DNA of 62,983 nucleotides, the filler included, from Octopus bimaculoides (lineage: Eukaryota): the NCBI RefSeq assembly GCF_001194135.2. It is 5 parts of 4 records of this genome, joined end to end, with 100 filler letters (N's around TTAATTAATTAA, not from the genome) between each part and the next. Parts side by side here need not be neighbours in the genome. Positions count along the whole stretch, not along the records: positions 1 to 13,988 come from NC_068981.1; 4 more parts are not named here. The stretch is one strand, 5' to 3'. How positions within the stretch are numbered: position 1 is the first letter of the stretch; each line of letters starts with the position of its first letter. A model generated the notes under the pieces. That model was not told where the DNA came from. It saw only the letters and a list, made by a program, of their open reading frames with translations, and did no database searches. Below are positions 1-12,430 of this stretch, piece after piece. Position numbers and translations under genes: made by a program.

Positions 1-51
<51 letters not shown>

Positions 52-673
52 TACATATGTATGCACATATATACATACGTACATACATACACACACACAA
101 TTATCTATTTATATATACAAGTTCGTGAACCACTCCTGATATGTACATTGAAAGACATCACACGCATAACTATAATTCTACTCAAACAATAATACATACG
201 CATACGTACACACTCATGCTCGCTTATACGCACACAGAGACATGCACATATGTGTATGAACATGTGTATGTATGTCTGTGTATGTGTGTGTGTGTGTGTG
301 TTTGTGTGTGTGTGTTTGATAATTTGGTGCCCGAAGACTATGTTTTAGTTTTGTAATATTATAACTCCACGAGGTGTTCAAAAGAGAATGAAAATAGAGT
401 TAAACACAATGGATAAGCGTTCTTCTGAAATATTGAGATTAATCCTAACCGTAGGATATGCAAAACTACACATATATATATGTGTATATATATACACACA
501 CACACCTACATATAGACATATATGTATGTGCGCTCGTGAGTGCGCGCATGCGTGGCATGTGTAGGTATGTGAGCGTGTTTAGATGCATGTCTATGTAGAA
601 CTACTCATAGATCTGTATATATTTGTGTATATACATATACGCAGGCATACGAACACACATATTTGCATGCAAG

Positions 674-744
<71 letters not shown>

Positions 745-1074
745 TGTATATGTTTGTGCGCTTGCATGTGTGCGTGCCTGTGTATATCAGACGAATAACA
801 TTATATTATATATCACACAATTTCAATTTATGATTTATTGAAATAACTTCTTCTTTCAGAGAACATAAAGAATTCCTTTCCATGCAATTGGCACCAATTG
901 CAGATGAGGTTATAACCTCAAGATTCAAAACTTTTCTAAAATTGACGTACCATCTTACCTGGAGTCAAAATAATCACTTGTCTTCACGTATTATCCACTA
1001 CAGCAGTTGCCCAACTTTGTATCCGGGAAACAGAAATTTTTAGACACAAAGAAATGCTTGAAAACATTCATGCC

Positions 1075-1272
1075 GAGCTAACAGAATTGTTATTGCGCCG
1101 GGAAAAATGTTTCACCCGTCTTTACGTTCTGAGTTCTGTTTCCGTCAAGGTCGTCGCAGCCTTTCTTTCTTAAGGGGTTGATTAAAATTAGTATCAGTTT
1201 AGTATTGGGGTCGATGTAATCGATTTATCTCCTCCCTCGAAATTGATGGCCATGTGCCAAAATTTGAAACCA
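1075..1272 (+). mobile_element. Degenerate tRNA-derived SINE (family A in this annotation)
   Basis: Diverged match to the core GTTCTGAGTTCAAATTCCGCCGAGGTCGACTTTGCCTTTCATCCTTTCGGGGTCGATAAATTAAGTACCAG seen in better-preserved copies (1688, 14089). Confidence 0.65.
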
Positions 1273-1404
1273 ATATTTATGCCTTCCATATTCATATATT
1301 TCATTTTCACGAGTCCCAGTACTCATAATGTCAGTCTTCCGGTGTGCATGGCATACAAGTGGCTGAGATTACCAAATTTCGCCCTCAAAAAGACGCTGAT
1401 CAGT

Positions 1405-1562
1405 TACAGGATTCAAGATTAGCAATTTTGAGGGAAGGAGAAGTTGTTTACATTACACTCAGCCCTTGTACCTGATTGGTACTTTATTTTATCGAAGTGA
1501 GAAGGATTATTGGCAAAACTGAGCCAGAAGAAATGTCGCTAAGCATTTTGCCAGTTCGCCGC
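1405..1562 (-). mobile_element. Degenerate family A SINE with internal deletion
   Basis: Reverse-complement head (GCTAAGCATTTTGCCAGTTCGCC) and core remnants (TTGGTACTTTATTTTATCG). Confidence 0.5.
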
Positions 1563-1687
1563 TCTCAAGGTGACTGCATGAGGAAAAAAAAACAAAAATT
1601 TTAAAAATAAATTAGATGAACTAGCTCAAAGCTGTCGCTGATGGGTATTTGAGAAACGAAGTAGATAAGTGAATGTTGTTCTGCAAA

Positions 1688-1866
1688 GGCGGCCAGCTGG
1701 TAGAAACGTCAGCAAGCCGGGCAAAATGCTTAACGGTGTTTCGAATGTCTATACCTTCTCAGTTCAAATGCCGCCGAGGTCGACTTTGCCTTTCATCTTT
1801 TCGGGGGTCGATAAATTAAGTACCAGTTGCGCACTGAGGTCGATGCAATCGACTTAATCCCTTTGT
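1688..1866 (+). mobile_element. Family A SINE
   Basis: GGCGGCCAGCTGGTAGAAACGTCAGC head, B-box-like GTTCAAAT, core ...GTCGATAAATTAAGTACCAGTTGCGCACTGAGGTCGATGCAATCGACTTAATCCCT, running into (TA)n. Confidence 0.85.
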
Positions 1867-1900
1867 CTATATATACATACATACATATGTNNNNNNNNNN

Positions 1901-1954
<54 letters not shown>

Positions 1955-2374
1955 CATGTATAAATATATGTGTGTGTTTGTGTGTGTAGGTATGTGTGTA
2001 TATATGGGTATACATACACACACATATCGGTATACGCATTAAGCGTACGCACGTCTTTTCTCACTTATTCAAACAAAAACATCCATGCAGTCTCACGCAG
2101 CTAACTTTCTGAATACATAATATTTAATATAGAAATGAAATGGCGAAGTAAATAAATTATTAGAGTATCCATAAATTATTTCAACCGTTCTTCTAAATCT
2201 GCTGCAGGTGTTTCGTTTTATTTTAGAATAGCTATGATATATAATTAAAACAAAAAGAAATGAAACTAAATATTCATAAGAGCGAACGCTCATAGCGTTT
2301 AAAAGTTTAAGGTTATGTCTATGTTTCTTTATATACATATATACATATACATATACAGGTGAGCACATAAGTGC

Positions 2375-2570
2375 AAACACGCCGGGCGAAATGCTTACCG
2401 GTCTTTCTTCTGTCGTTACGTTCTGAGTTCAAATTCTGCTAAGGTCGACTTTGCCTTTCCTCCATTCGTGGTCGATGAATTAAGTACCAGTTGCACACTG
2501 GGTTCAATCTAATCGACTGGCCCCCTTCCCTAAAAGTTCGGGCATTGTGCCTAGAGTAGAAAAGAATACC
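2375..2570 (+). mobile_element. Family A SINE, 5'-truncated, different tail
   Basis: CGCCGGGCGAAATGCTTACCGG...GTTCTGAGTTCAAATTCTGCTAAGGTCGACTTTGCC core; tail CCCTAAAAGTTCGGGCATTGTGCCTAGAGTAGAAAAG. Confidence 0.85.
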
Positions 2571-4262
2571 AAAAGTAGAGTAATAGACATCACAAGTGTC
2601 CCACGAACGGAAGCGTGAAATCCTGGGTAACAGTCTTTTGATAATTTGGCAGCTTTAATAAAAGTATATATATATGTATGTATATGTATATATATGTGTG
2701 TGTGTGTGTGTGTGTATACATATACAAAATATACTATATATATATATATACACAAACACATGTACGCACATACTGAATTACTAGGTTTGTTGGGGCGTAT
2801 CTTTTAGCTTTTATCTGTTACTTGTTTCAGTCATTGGACTGCGATCATGATGGGGAACTATCTTGAAGGGTTTAGTCGAACAGATCTATCCGAGTCTGGT
2901 ATTTATTCTATCTCTTTGCATTCTTATTTCTTCGGTGGTAAATTAAAACTTCACCACCACCACCACCACCACTACCAAGTCTTGGTTTGCCGCTGGAGCT
3001 TTTCACTGTTTGAGGCACACGAACCAAACCTCAAATTTGAGAATAGCTCCCTCCTTTCCAACCACAGTTTCTTTCTCTAAAAGTGCTCTCCTTGAATAAT
3101 CACAGTTTGGCAAAAGAAAAAAAAATGAAGTTACGCTAAATAATGTTGTTTTAACACTCTCGAATATTTACAGTTAGAATGCCTTTAATCATATGTTTCT
3201 TTGATCATGCTTGAGCGTGGCTTACGAATGTGTACTGAAAAAGTCTTAGTCTGTCTATGACGGAGTGACGCTAGAGCTGTGAAATGTTGCATGCATTAAT
3301 TTCAACTTTTCTTGTTAATAACTGCATTGTTTCTGAACTAGAATCAAAGTGATACTGTGACAACTATCAAGCACTTGGGCGACTGGAGCCTATAACAGAA
3401 ACACACAGTGATATCGAACTTGAATCTTCAGAGTTGTGCAGCGAACTTCTTATCCATTCAGCCATAGCTGTAGGTGAAATGAATTGCAGACTACTGCAAG
3501 CAATTCAACAAAATCCTACGAAATATTTGGAAATAAATAGACATTCATTTACACTTTTATATTCTTACTACGTTTAGTCTTTGCGCCGTGGCCATGTTGC
3601 AGTACTGCCTTCAGAAGTTTAACAGATAGTTGGTCGACGGTGTTGTAGATACAAACATTTCTGCTGTGCCTGTGTTGTTTCCAGAAGTAGTGTTTTGACC
3701 CAAATACCCTTATCCCTTCTCCACTGATGGATATGCCACGAAGGAAAGATACGTCAATATGTTCTCTACATCCATGAAATCACTTGGGATCCCCGATAAC
3801 GACACCAATAAGTGAAAAAACAATAATGGTCAGATGAACTCCTGCAAAGAACAAATAAAGGATTATTCCGATTTCAAAGATTGACTAGACTCACGTCATA
3901 CGGAAACACAGTCTTTTCCTTTTTACCAATTCCGTCTCGTCTCTCACTCTTCTCTCTCCTACCTCGTCTCTCTTTCTCTCTCTCTCTCTCTTCCCTCTCC
4001 TGCCTCGTCTTTCTCTCTCCTTTCTCCTGCCTTGTCTCTCTGTTTCTCTTTGACTGACACATGCATACGTCATTTCGTTTACATACAGTGGTGCAAATTT
4101 ATACGATAAACAGCCACGCTTTCAGGTTACGTAACAATAGATATAGCAATATACATATTCTTGCTGCTGATTAAAAATTATTAATTTTCGGTTGAAAAAA
4201 AACTGATACGTATCATATTGTTCTTGAAGTGAACATCTCAAATATGTATTTTTCCCTCGTTT

Positions 4263-4483
4263 TACGAGGTAGTGCTGAAAACTTCCTGGCTTTAATGGTA
4301 ACGCGAAAGGCCCATTTGGAGACCCAACTTTCCGAGTTCTTTTACAGGGCTTAGAAAAACTGAAGGGCCGCTGTAATAAATGTGTGAATCTGAGAAGAGA
4401 ATATGTTGACTGAAATCATAATATACTCATCCTCATGTATTCTCTTTTATCCGAAACCAGGACCTTTTCAGCATCCCCTCTTA
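4263..4483 (+). mobile_element. Mariner (Tc1/mariner) internally deleted non-autonomous element
   Basis: Imperfect ~30-bp TIRs: TACGAGGTAGTGCTGAAAACTTCCTGGCTTT vs reverse complement of the right end TAAGAGGGGATGCTGAAAAGGTCCTGGTTT, TA termini; interior encodes a mariner transposase-like C-terminus LQGLEKLKGRCNKCVNLRREYVD*. Confidence 0.8.
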
Positions 4484-5021
4484 TATTGAGTATGCATTTT
4501 CTTTCTTCGCTACAATTATTTTCAAGCTGTTACAGTTGACTCAAACTTTTGATTAATTACGCGCTTAATAACGCAAGATAACTTCAGAGATTTTCATGAC
4601 AGTTTAGTTATTGCTGAAGATATGCTTCTAGAAAAATGTGATGGGATATAATCGAAGGAGAGATATTAATAATGTTTGATAATGAGAAACAGAAAAGCCA
4701 ACGGATATGTATCTATTACCTATGGCTTCACACATAATAAGGCTATGAATACACTAAGCTTCAAGTTGAAATATTCTAAGCTTCTTCCTTTCGGGGTCGA
4801 TAAAACAAATACTAAGCACTGAGCTCGATGAATTCGACTTGCTCCACCCTCAAAATTACCGACATTATTCCAAAATGTGATACCGTTATTCTAAACGCTT
4901 CCTTATGGAGTACTTTGTAGATTTTATAAAATGAAACGCACTTGGAGAATTTCAAGAAATGCTTGTATTCATATCACTAAGTTCAGATTAAAAATGTATT
5001 TATTAACTACTTTATTCTACT

Positions 5022-5216
5022 CTAGACACAATTTTGGGGGAGGTGGCCAGTCAATTAAGATCAACCCCAACATGCAACTGGTACTTAATTTGTCGACCCC
5101 GAAAGGATGAAAGGCAAACTCAACCTCAGCGGAATTAGAACTCAGAAGGTGAAAACAGACGAAATACCGCTGAGCATTTCGCCCGTCGTGCTAACCTTTC
5201 TGCCAGTTCGCTGCCT
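5022..5216 (-). mobile_element. Family A SINE
   Basis: Reverse complement of head and core (CTGGTACTTAATTTGTCGACCCCGAAAGGATGAAAGGC...GAGCATTTCGCCCGTCGTGCTAACCTTTCTGCCAGTTCGCTGCC). Confidence 0.85.
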
Positions 5217-6005
5217 GCTTTATTCTACGCACACAAGAAACTAGATGAAAATTATGGACGAATTTTCCGTTGTCGTGTGTGTATAAAACATTTGAACTCA
5301 GATTTCTTATACTTACTGTTCGGCTGGAGAATTCATCTGCTTCTGNNNNNNNNNNNNNNNNNNNNNNNNNNNNNNNNNNNNNNNNNNNNNNNNNNNNNNN
5401 NNNNNNNNNNNNNNNNNNNNNNNNNNNNNNNNNNNNNNNNNNNNNNNNNNNNNNNNNNNNNNNNNNNNNNNNNNNNNNNNNNNNNNNNNNNNNNNNNNNN
5501 NNNNNNNNNNNNNNNNNNNNNNNNNNNNNNNNNNNNNNNNNNNNNNNNNNNNNNNNNNNNNNNNNNNNNNNNNNNNNNNNNNNNNNNNNNNNNNNNNNNN
5601 NNNNNNNNNNNNNNNNNNNNNNNNNNNNNNNNNNNNNNNNNNNNNNNNNNNNNNNNNNNNNNNNNNNNNNNNNNNNNNNNNNNNNNNNNNNNNNNNNNNN
5701 NNNNNNNNNNNNNNNNNNNNNNNNNNNNNNNNNNNNNNNNNNNNNNNNNNNNNNNNNNNNNNNNNNNNNNNNNNNNNNNNNNNNNNNNNNNNNNNNNNNN
5801 NNNNNNNNNNNNNNNNNNNNNNNNNNNNNNNNNNNNNNNNNNNNNNNNNNNNNNNNNNNNNNNNNNNNNNNNNNNNNNNNNNNNNNNNNNNNNNNNNNNN
5901 NNNNNNNNNNNNNNNNNNNNNNNNNNNNNNNNNNNNNNNNNNNNNNNNNNNNNNNNNNNNNNNNNNNNNNNNNNNNNNNNNNNNNNNNNNNNNNNNNNNN
6001 NNNNN

Positions 6006-6069
<64 letters not shown>

Positions 6070-7279
6070 CATATACTTAAATACAAGCACGCATACATAT
6101 ATGCGCGTGTGTAACAAGCGTTTGCTTATAACAAGAATGCATTGAAGTGATATTTCATGGAAAAAAAAGTATTACTTGTGTTTATAGTGAATGATACAAA
6201 GCAGCAATTAGTTCCACTGTCTTACAGCATATAATAGACAATATCGCACAGAAATATCTATCAGTTGCTCATAACAATACAAATAATTGCTGCTCTAATC
6301 TTTCGTACATCTCTATAAAAGACATCGCCTTATTCTCGCGGCTCTTTATTATTCAGTGCAGCGCTTTCATTCATTTGGCATTTTTGCGTTTCTTTCCTTC
6401 ATATAACTCACCTTTAATGTTTCATGTGCTTACTATTTCCCATACTTATAACGCTATGCTTTTATTATATACGTATTTACATATGATTCAAAGTATGATG
6501 TAAGTTTATATATATATGTGTGTGTGTGTGCGTACGCACATTTATATATATGCGTATGCAAGTATATTCTTACCCATATATGCATGTATATATACATATC
6601 TATGTAGGTATGTACATATATGTATGTATATATGCATATATTTATATATTATTTATATTATTATATGATCGAACGTCACGCATCCTTATCAAAGTAAGTT
6701 TTGTCTACATATATATATATATATATATGTGTATATATATATNNNNNNNNNNNNNNNNNNNNNNNNNNNNNNNNNNNNNNNNNNNNNNNNNNNNNNNNNN
6801 NNNNNNNNNNNNNNNNNNNNNNNNNNNNNNNNNNNNNNNNNNNNNNNNNNNNNNNNNNNNNNNNNNNNNNNNNNNNNNNNNNNNNNNNNNNNNNNNNNNN
6901 NNNNNNNNNNNNNNNNNNNNNNNNNNNNNNNNNNNNNNNNNNNNNNNNNNNNNNNNNNNNNNNNNNNNNNNNNNNNNNNNNNNNNNNNNNNNNNNNNNNN
7001 NNNNNNNNNNNNNNNNNNNNNNNNNNNNNNNNNNNNNNNNNNNNNNNNNNNNNNNNNNNNNNNNNNNNNNNNNNNNNNNNNNNNNNNNNNNNNNNNNNNN
7101 NNNNNNNNNNNNNNNNNNNNNNNNNNNNNNNNNNNNNNNNNNNNNNNNNNNNNNNNNNNNNNNNNNNNNNNNNNNNNNNNNNNNNNNNNNNNNNNNNNNN
7201 NNNNNNNNNNNNNNNNNNNNNNNNNNNNNNNNNNNNNNNNNNNNNNNNNNNNNNNNNNNNNNTATATATATATATATAT

Positions 7280-7662
7280 GCGGAACATGCAGCTACTCTA
7301 ACAACTTCAAATACTTGGAAAGTGGTTCCCACATAAAATTCATGAGCGGATCCGTTTTCAAACTAAATGCAGATATGAACTGCAAAACGCATAACCTCAT
7401 AAACAGCACTACCTACCAAAACTGCAAAGAAAATTACATTGGTGAAACAAATAATTCCCTCTGCTGACCTGCAGAAATTCACAGGCAACATATCCGACAA
7501 GAGGAACTACGCAAGATTCCATTAAGTAAGCATCTGGAAATATGCAGTGAGAGAAAATTCAAAATTTTTCCTTTTTAGAAATGTGCACGAGTTGATCCGC
7601 AACACCGAAAAGGAATCGAACTACATTTCATCAAAAAATTCTCTCCAAAATTGAATGTTTAA
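7280..7662 (+). mobile_element. Penelope-like element relic: GIY-YIG endonuclease with upstream CxxC (Neptune-like), disrupted by stops
   Basis: CGTCSYSNN...NCKTHNLINSTTYQNCKENYIGETNNSLC*...HRQHIRQEELRKIPLSKHLEICSERKFKIFPF*...RKGIELHFIKKFSPKLNV*; YIGET, conserved Glu and terminal P.LN are PLE endonuclease hallmarks. The 5' part lies in the gap. Confidence 0.85.
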
Positions 7663-8240
7663 AAGAAAAGCGGAGACAGTACATTTTGTATTCTAAATGT
7701 AACTCAAATATCGGAAACATAAAGTTCATCTCTGTAAATATTCAGGTGTATATGTGTGTCATTTAGATGTTCTGAGCTTTGCGCGTTTTTCTGGTTTGTA
7801 AGTGTTATACTAATGTTCTCTAATGCAAAAACATGAAACTCAAAGAGGCGTGATCGAAGTTATCGTGTATAAACATGGATATGTTCCCAAAAGCACACAC
7901 ACACACACACACACACGCTCGCTCGCGTGCTCACATGCTTCATCATGGGATTCTCTCCATAATTGAATGTTTGAAGGTAAAGCGGAGAATTTGCATTTTT
8001 TATTTCAAATGTGGCTCATCTCTACAAATATTCAGGTGTATATATATATGTGTAGCATTGTGATGTTCTAGCTTTACGTATATATATATATATATTATGT
8101 TAATTATTTATTTTTTTTATTTTTAATTTGCAAATATTATACTAATGTTTTTTCATGCAGAACTACTTTTCATCAAAACTTCTTTCAAAAATTGAATGTT
8201 TGAAAGAAAAGGGGAGATAGTACATTTTGTATTCTAAATA
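7620..8240 (+). repeat. Three partial tandem copies of the PLE 3' end
   Basis: CTCCAAAATTGAATGTTTAAAAGAAAAGCGGAGA-like segment recurs at ~7640, ~7952 and ~8185, each followed by homologous downstream sequence. Confidence 0.75.
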
Positions 8241-8995
8241 TAACACACAGAGGAGAACAAGAAAGAGGGAAAAAGAAGGAAACAGGAGATGAAAGAACAA
8301 AGAAAAAGAGGGAAAGACAGAAAGAAAGCAAAAAGAGTTTCAGTGATGACCACACCGCCCCTTTCTTGTATATTTCTATCTATCTCCATTGTCATAGAAC
8401 CTCACAAAAAAAAAACAAAAAAAAAAACAAGCAAACAAACAATGTTCTCTTCTAAACAAAATACCCCAAAACATCTGTCTTATATAAATGAACAAGCTGC
8501 TTGTAGATTCACAAATTTTCTTTTGACAAGTTCGAGAAACGAATGAAAGCGCTGATAATAATGAAGAAATAAAAATATTTTTTGTCCAAAATTCTCACGT
8601 TTTTCTCAATATACATATATATATACATATCTGTAGAGAGAGGGAGAGAGAGAGATAATGTTATAGTTTACTTTTGCGTTAATGTAAAATCAACAAAGAA
8701 AAAAGGTGCTCCATCCAATNNNNNNNNNNNNNNNNNNNNNNNNNNNNNNNNNNNNNNNNNNNNNNNNNNNNNNNNNNNNNNNNNNNNNNNNNNNNNNNNN
8801 NNNNNNNNNNNNNNNNNNNNNNNNNNNNNNNNNNNNNNNNNNNNNNNNNNNNNNNNNNNNNNNNNNNNNNNNNNNNNNNNNNNNNNNNNNNNNNNNNNNN
8901 NNNNNNNNNNNNNNNNNNNNNNNNNNNNNNNNNNNNNNNNNNNNNNNNNNNNNNNNNNNNNNNNNNNNNNATACACGTATATATATTCATATATA

Positions 8996-10111
8996 TACAG
9001 GGTGCATAAAATATTTGAGAACAAATTTATGTTTATAAAAAAAGCAGATATATAATAAAAGACAATAACTTTATTTATCAAAAAATGCTATGAGAATAAA
9101 AATAAACCTTCTTTTCAACAAAGTCACCTTCAACAAAGTCACCTTCAACAAAGTCACCTTCAACTAAATCATCTACATACACGAATGAAGTGTTGCTGGT
9201 TCATTTTGGACATGACTCTGATTATGGCAGCTTTCATAGAATCTTTGGCGCTGTGGGCGTGTTCATTGACCTCTCTCTCAACAACGATCCACATGTAGTA
9301 ATCCAATGGATTGAGATCTCGGGAATTAGGAGACCAAATGTTAGAGACTATGTGATCATGAAAATTTTCAGCCATCCATTCCTGTGTAACTAAAGCCATG
9401 TGTGATAGTGTAGAATCTTCCTGAAACTCATATGGCTTTCCATTGCATACACTGTCTATCCAGGGCTTAACAATTATTTCCAGGACCCCAATGTAGACGG
9501 CAGAGTTAACTCTAAGGCCTTGTGAAAAGAAGTGAGGAGGCATCACATGTCTTTCATTGATGACAGCTCATAAAACCATGACAGTTGCAGGAAATTCTGT
9601 ACACATAACACTTGGAACTTCCGAAGGGTCTGTACATAGCTATCTGTCATTTCTTCTGTTAACTTTTTGATCTTGGTCGAAGTTTTTCTCGTTTGAGAAA
9701 AACAAAATCAAATCTTCTTCTGCTGGATTTTTCAGTTTGTTTAAGAGCCTTTTAGATCTGTTGTAGTAATTTTCTTTTGCTTTTTCTGACAAATTGATCT
9801 TTCCTCATCATATAAGACTTATATCTTATGCCTTTGTGGACAACATTTCCGACTGTTCCGTCCTTACACATGGCGATCTTTTGCAATTGACCTCATGGAC
9901 TTTTTGGGATTGTAATCAATGTTCTGTTGAACTTGCCGAATTCAAGTTTTCTGATAATTTCAGAGCGTTTTGAATGCTTTTTATGCTTTGATACTGGTGA
10001 TACGTTTCCATCTTCAGTCTCTTGCTCCTTACAAACTTTGTAGGCGAAAGTTCTGCCAAATTTTAAAACTCCAGATAATTCTAAATCACTTTGCTCAGCC
10101 TCTATAACCAC
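8996..10111 (-). mobile_element. Tc1/mariner DD37D (maT-type) transposon relic
   Basis: Minus-strand pseudogene: FFSNEKNFDQDQKVNRRNDR*...PATVMVL*...VMPPHFF...FQEDSTLSH...WSPNSRDLNPLDYYMW with 37 residues between the second and third Asp; N-terminal fragment at 9893-10111; TA-CAGGGTG terminus at 8996. Opposite TIR not found. Confidence 0.85.
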
Positions 10112-10219
10112 AATACCAGCATGCTTCTTCGTTTCTTGAGTAAGCTAAGGGTCTGCCATTATTATTTTCTGAAAGAAAAATTATACAGAGTTAGCAAAAA
10201 ATGCAGCAATGGCCCAAAG

Positions 10220-10264
<45 letters not shown>

Positions 10265-11753
10265 GTACAAACATACACATACACACACATAAATATATGA
10301 TAAGAGAGCGATATAGAGAATGAGATTGATATGTGAATATGTATGTCTATATTATATAAACTTTTAAATACTGGTACTATGTGTATTATTATACACATAT
10401 GCATACAAATATATTTTACAAAGTTGTATACATTTAGTGAAGGCTTTGAATAATTCTCTTAAGACGCATTGGAATTTTGACCATGACACAATGACTGAAA
10501 TGTAGCGAAAATTTTAGGATATTTTGTAGGGACTATTTCTGAAATATATACTGATGACTAAATTCTACCTTCTGAATCAAAATTCTTACGTCATTAAATT
10601 TTAGGAGCTTCGATGGACGTGCAATAATTCGATTTTAAAAGATTTAATAGGTATAGCAGATAAAGCTATAAATAAAAGTGGGAGCATTAGGTTAAAAATT
10701 CCCTTGAATAGAAAAAGACAAAACTGCCCTTATTGGGTAGAATCCTATGAGCAGTCTCTCTCGTGAAGGTGTCAGTAATACATAAACGTTCAAACTTCGG
10801 ATTGATATGTAAGAATGACATCAAAATAGAACATAAAAAATAAGAGTTAAAGTGCGTACATATATTGATATGTAATTTACCAAACTATGTATATAAAATA
10901 AATGAAAAGTATACCTCAGCGATTCTTTCCTTGTAAATGAGTCCAGTTTTCTAGACCGAATGTTTGTATAAACTATGTATATAAAACACAACACCTTCCC
11001 TTCAGAAATTTATAAAATGATCAGTACACAGTATACTTGCCTTACGAATATCTATAGACCATAGAATCACCACAATTTTTAAAACTGCCGGAATACATCA
11101 AGATTGGTTGATAGTTACGGCAACCTCGAATACATCTACCTTTGTGTGAAATCTATACTCTTCTCTTCAATGTGCTCCATTTTCTGGTTAAAAACTAGTA
11201 ATTAAATCCAAATGTCATTATGGGAAGATCAAATATTTCTTACATTAAAGGAAAATATATTTCGTTAAAAGTTTTGCAAAGAGAATGACTTAAATTTCAG
11301 AACAATTCTATATCAAAAATATATTTTAATGAGAAAGACACATATAAATTCCATACAGTAAAACAAATATTTTTTTCTTTCTTTATCAATTCCTAGGTTG
11401 TAGCATCATGTTTTTTATGAGAAATGTATATTTCATAGTATTTATCCTGATTTATTGTGAAACGGTTCAATTTTGTGTGTGTATTTTTGCTCTGCAATTT
11501 ATTTCACTGCGCCCCTTTCTAAACTATTGTACAACGACATATTCTTGTAATATCTATGAAAGTCTTATCAATATCTGTAATATTGTCTTAATATAACAAT
11601 TGAAATTTGAATCCAAATACAGGTAACATTTACAGACTGCTCATTCTTTCATCTGCTGAAGAAGGCCATGTGTAAATGTATCATATTGTATTCATATTTC
11701 CTCTAGAAATATTTCTAGGGAATATATTCATATTCACACAAATATACACCCGT

Positions 11754-11817
<64 letters not shown>

Positions 11818-12383
11818 ACACACACACAGATGTATATATATATATGTATATATATAATACAAAGAATATATATGCATGTATACACACATATATGTACATA
11901 CTTACATCTACATGTGTATATAGATGCATATCAGCGTACAACACGTTAGAACAATGAACTACAGACAACGGAACGAACACATAGGAAAACAGATAGCCAC
12001 TTGGAATAATTCCTTCGTCAGCTGCCTCTATTCTAACTAGACGTTTCGAAGATATTCACATAAACGCGCACACGCACGTACGCGCACGTACACACGCAGA
12101 CACACATGCCCGCGCAAACACGTATATACAGGCATTTCTCTATAATGTATTTGTTTAATCAACACAATATATGTCATACTGTTTAAGCTATACATATAGA
12201 GACAAACATTCATATACACACATATATACTCATGTAGATGTGCCTGCATGTGTATAAATATATAATATATAAATGTATTCATACAAAGATGTGTTCATAC
12301 AAGCTGATACTTACGAATGGCTGCATATTGATACATTAACCACATTTTTCCCTCTCCCTCTTTGTCTCAATTTCTCCGAAAGT

Positions 12384-12430
<47 letters not shown>

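Noticed and set aside
141-841. ORFs rich in YI/CV/HT dipeptides here and throughout the window
   Set aside because: Translations of (TA)n, (TG)n, (CA)n and (TACA)n microsatellites.
3760-3860. Strong minus-strand acceptor (TTTATTTGTTCTTTGCAG) followed by hydrophobic VHLTIIVFSLIGVVIGDPK*
   Set aside because: All three frames stop within about 25 codons and there is no good donor.
5191-7467. Long 200-400 aa ORFs spanning N gaps (also 17.5, 19.4, 27.5, 30, 37, 39.4, 40.4, 61 kb)
   Set aside because: Open only because N codons are untranslatable.
10915-10950. 36-bp minus-strand micro-exon candidate KTGLIYKERIAE
   Set aside because: Weak donor (GTATAC) and no homology; expected by chance.
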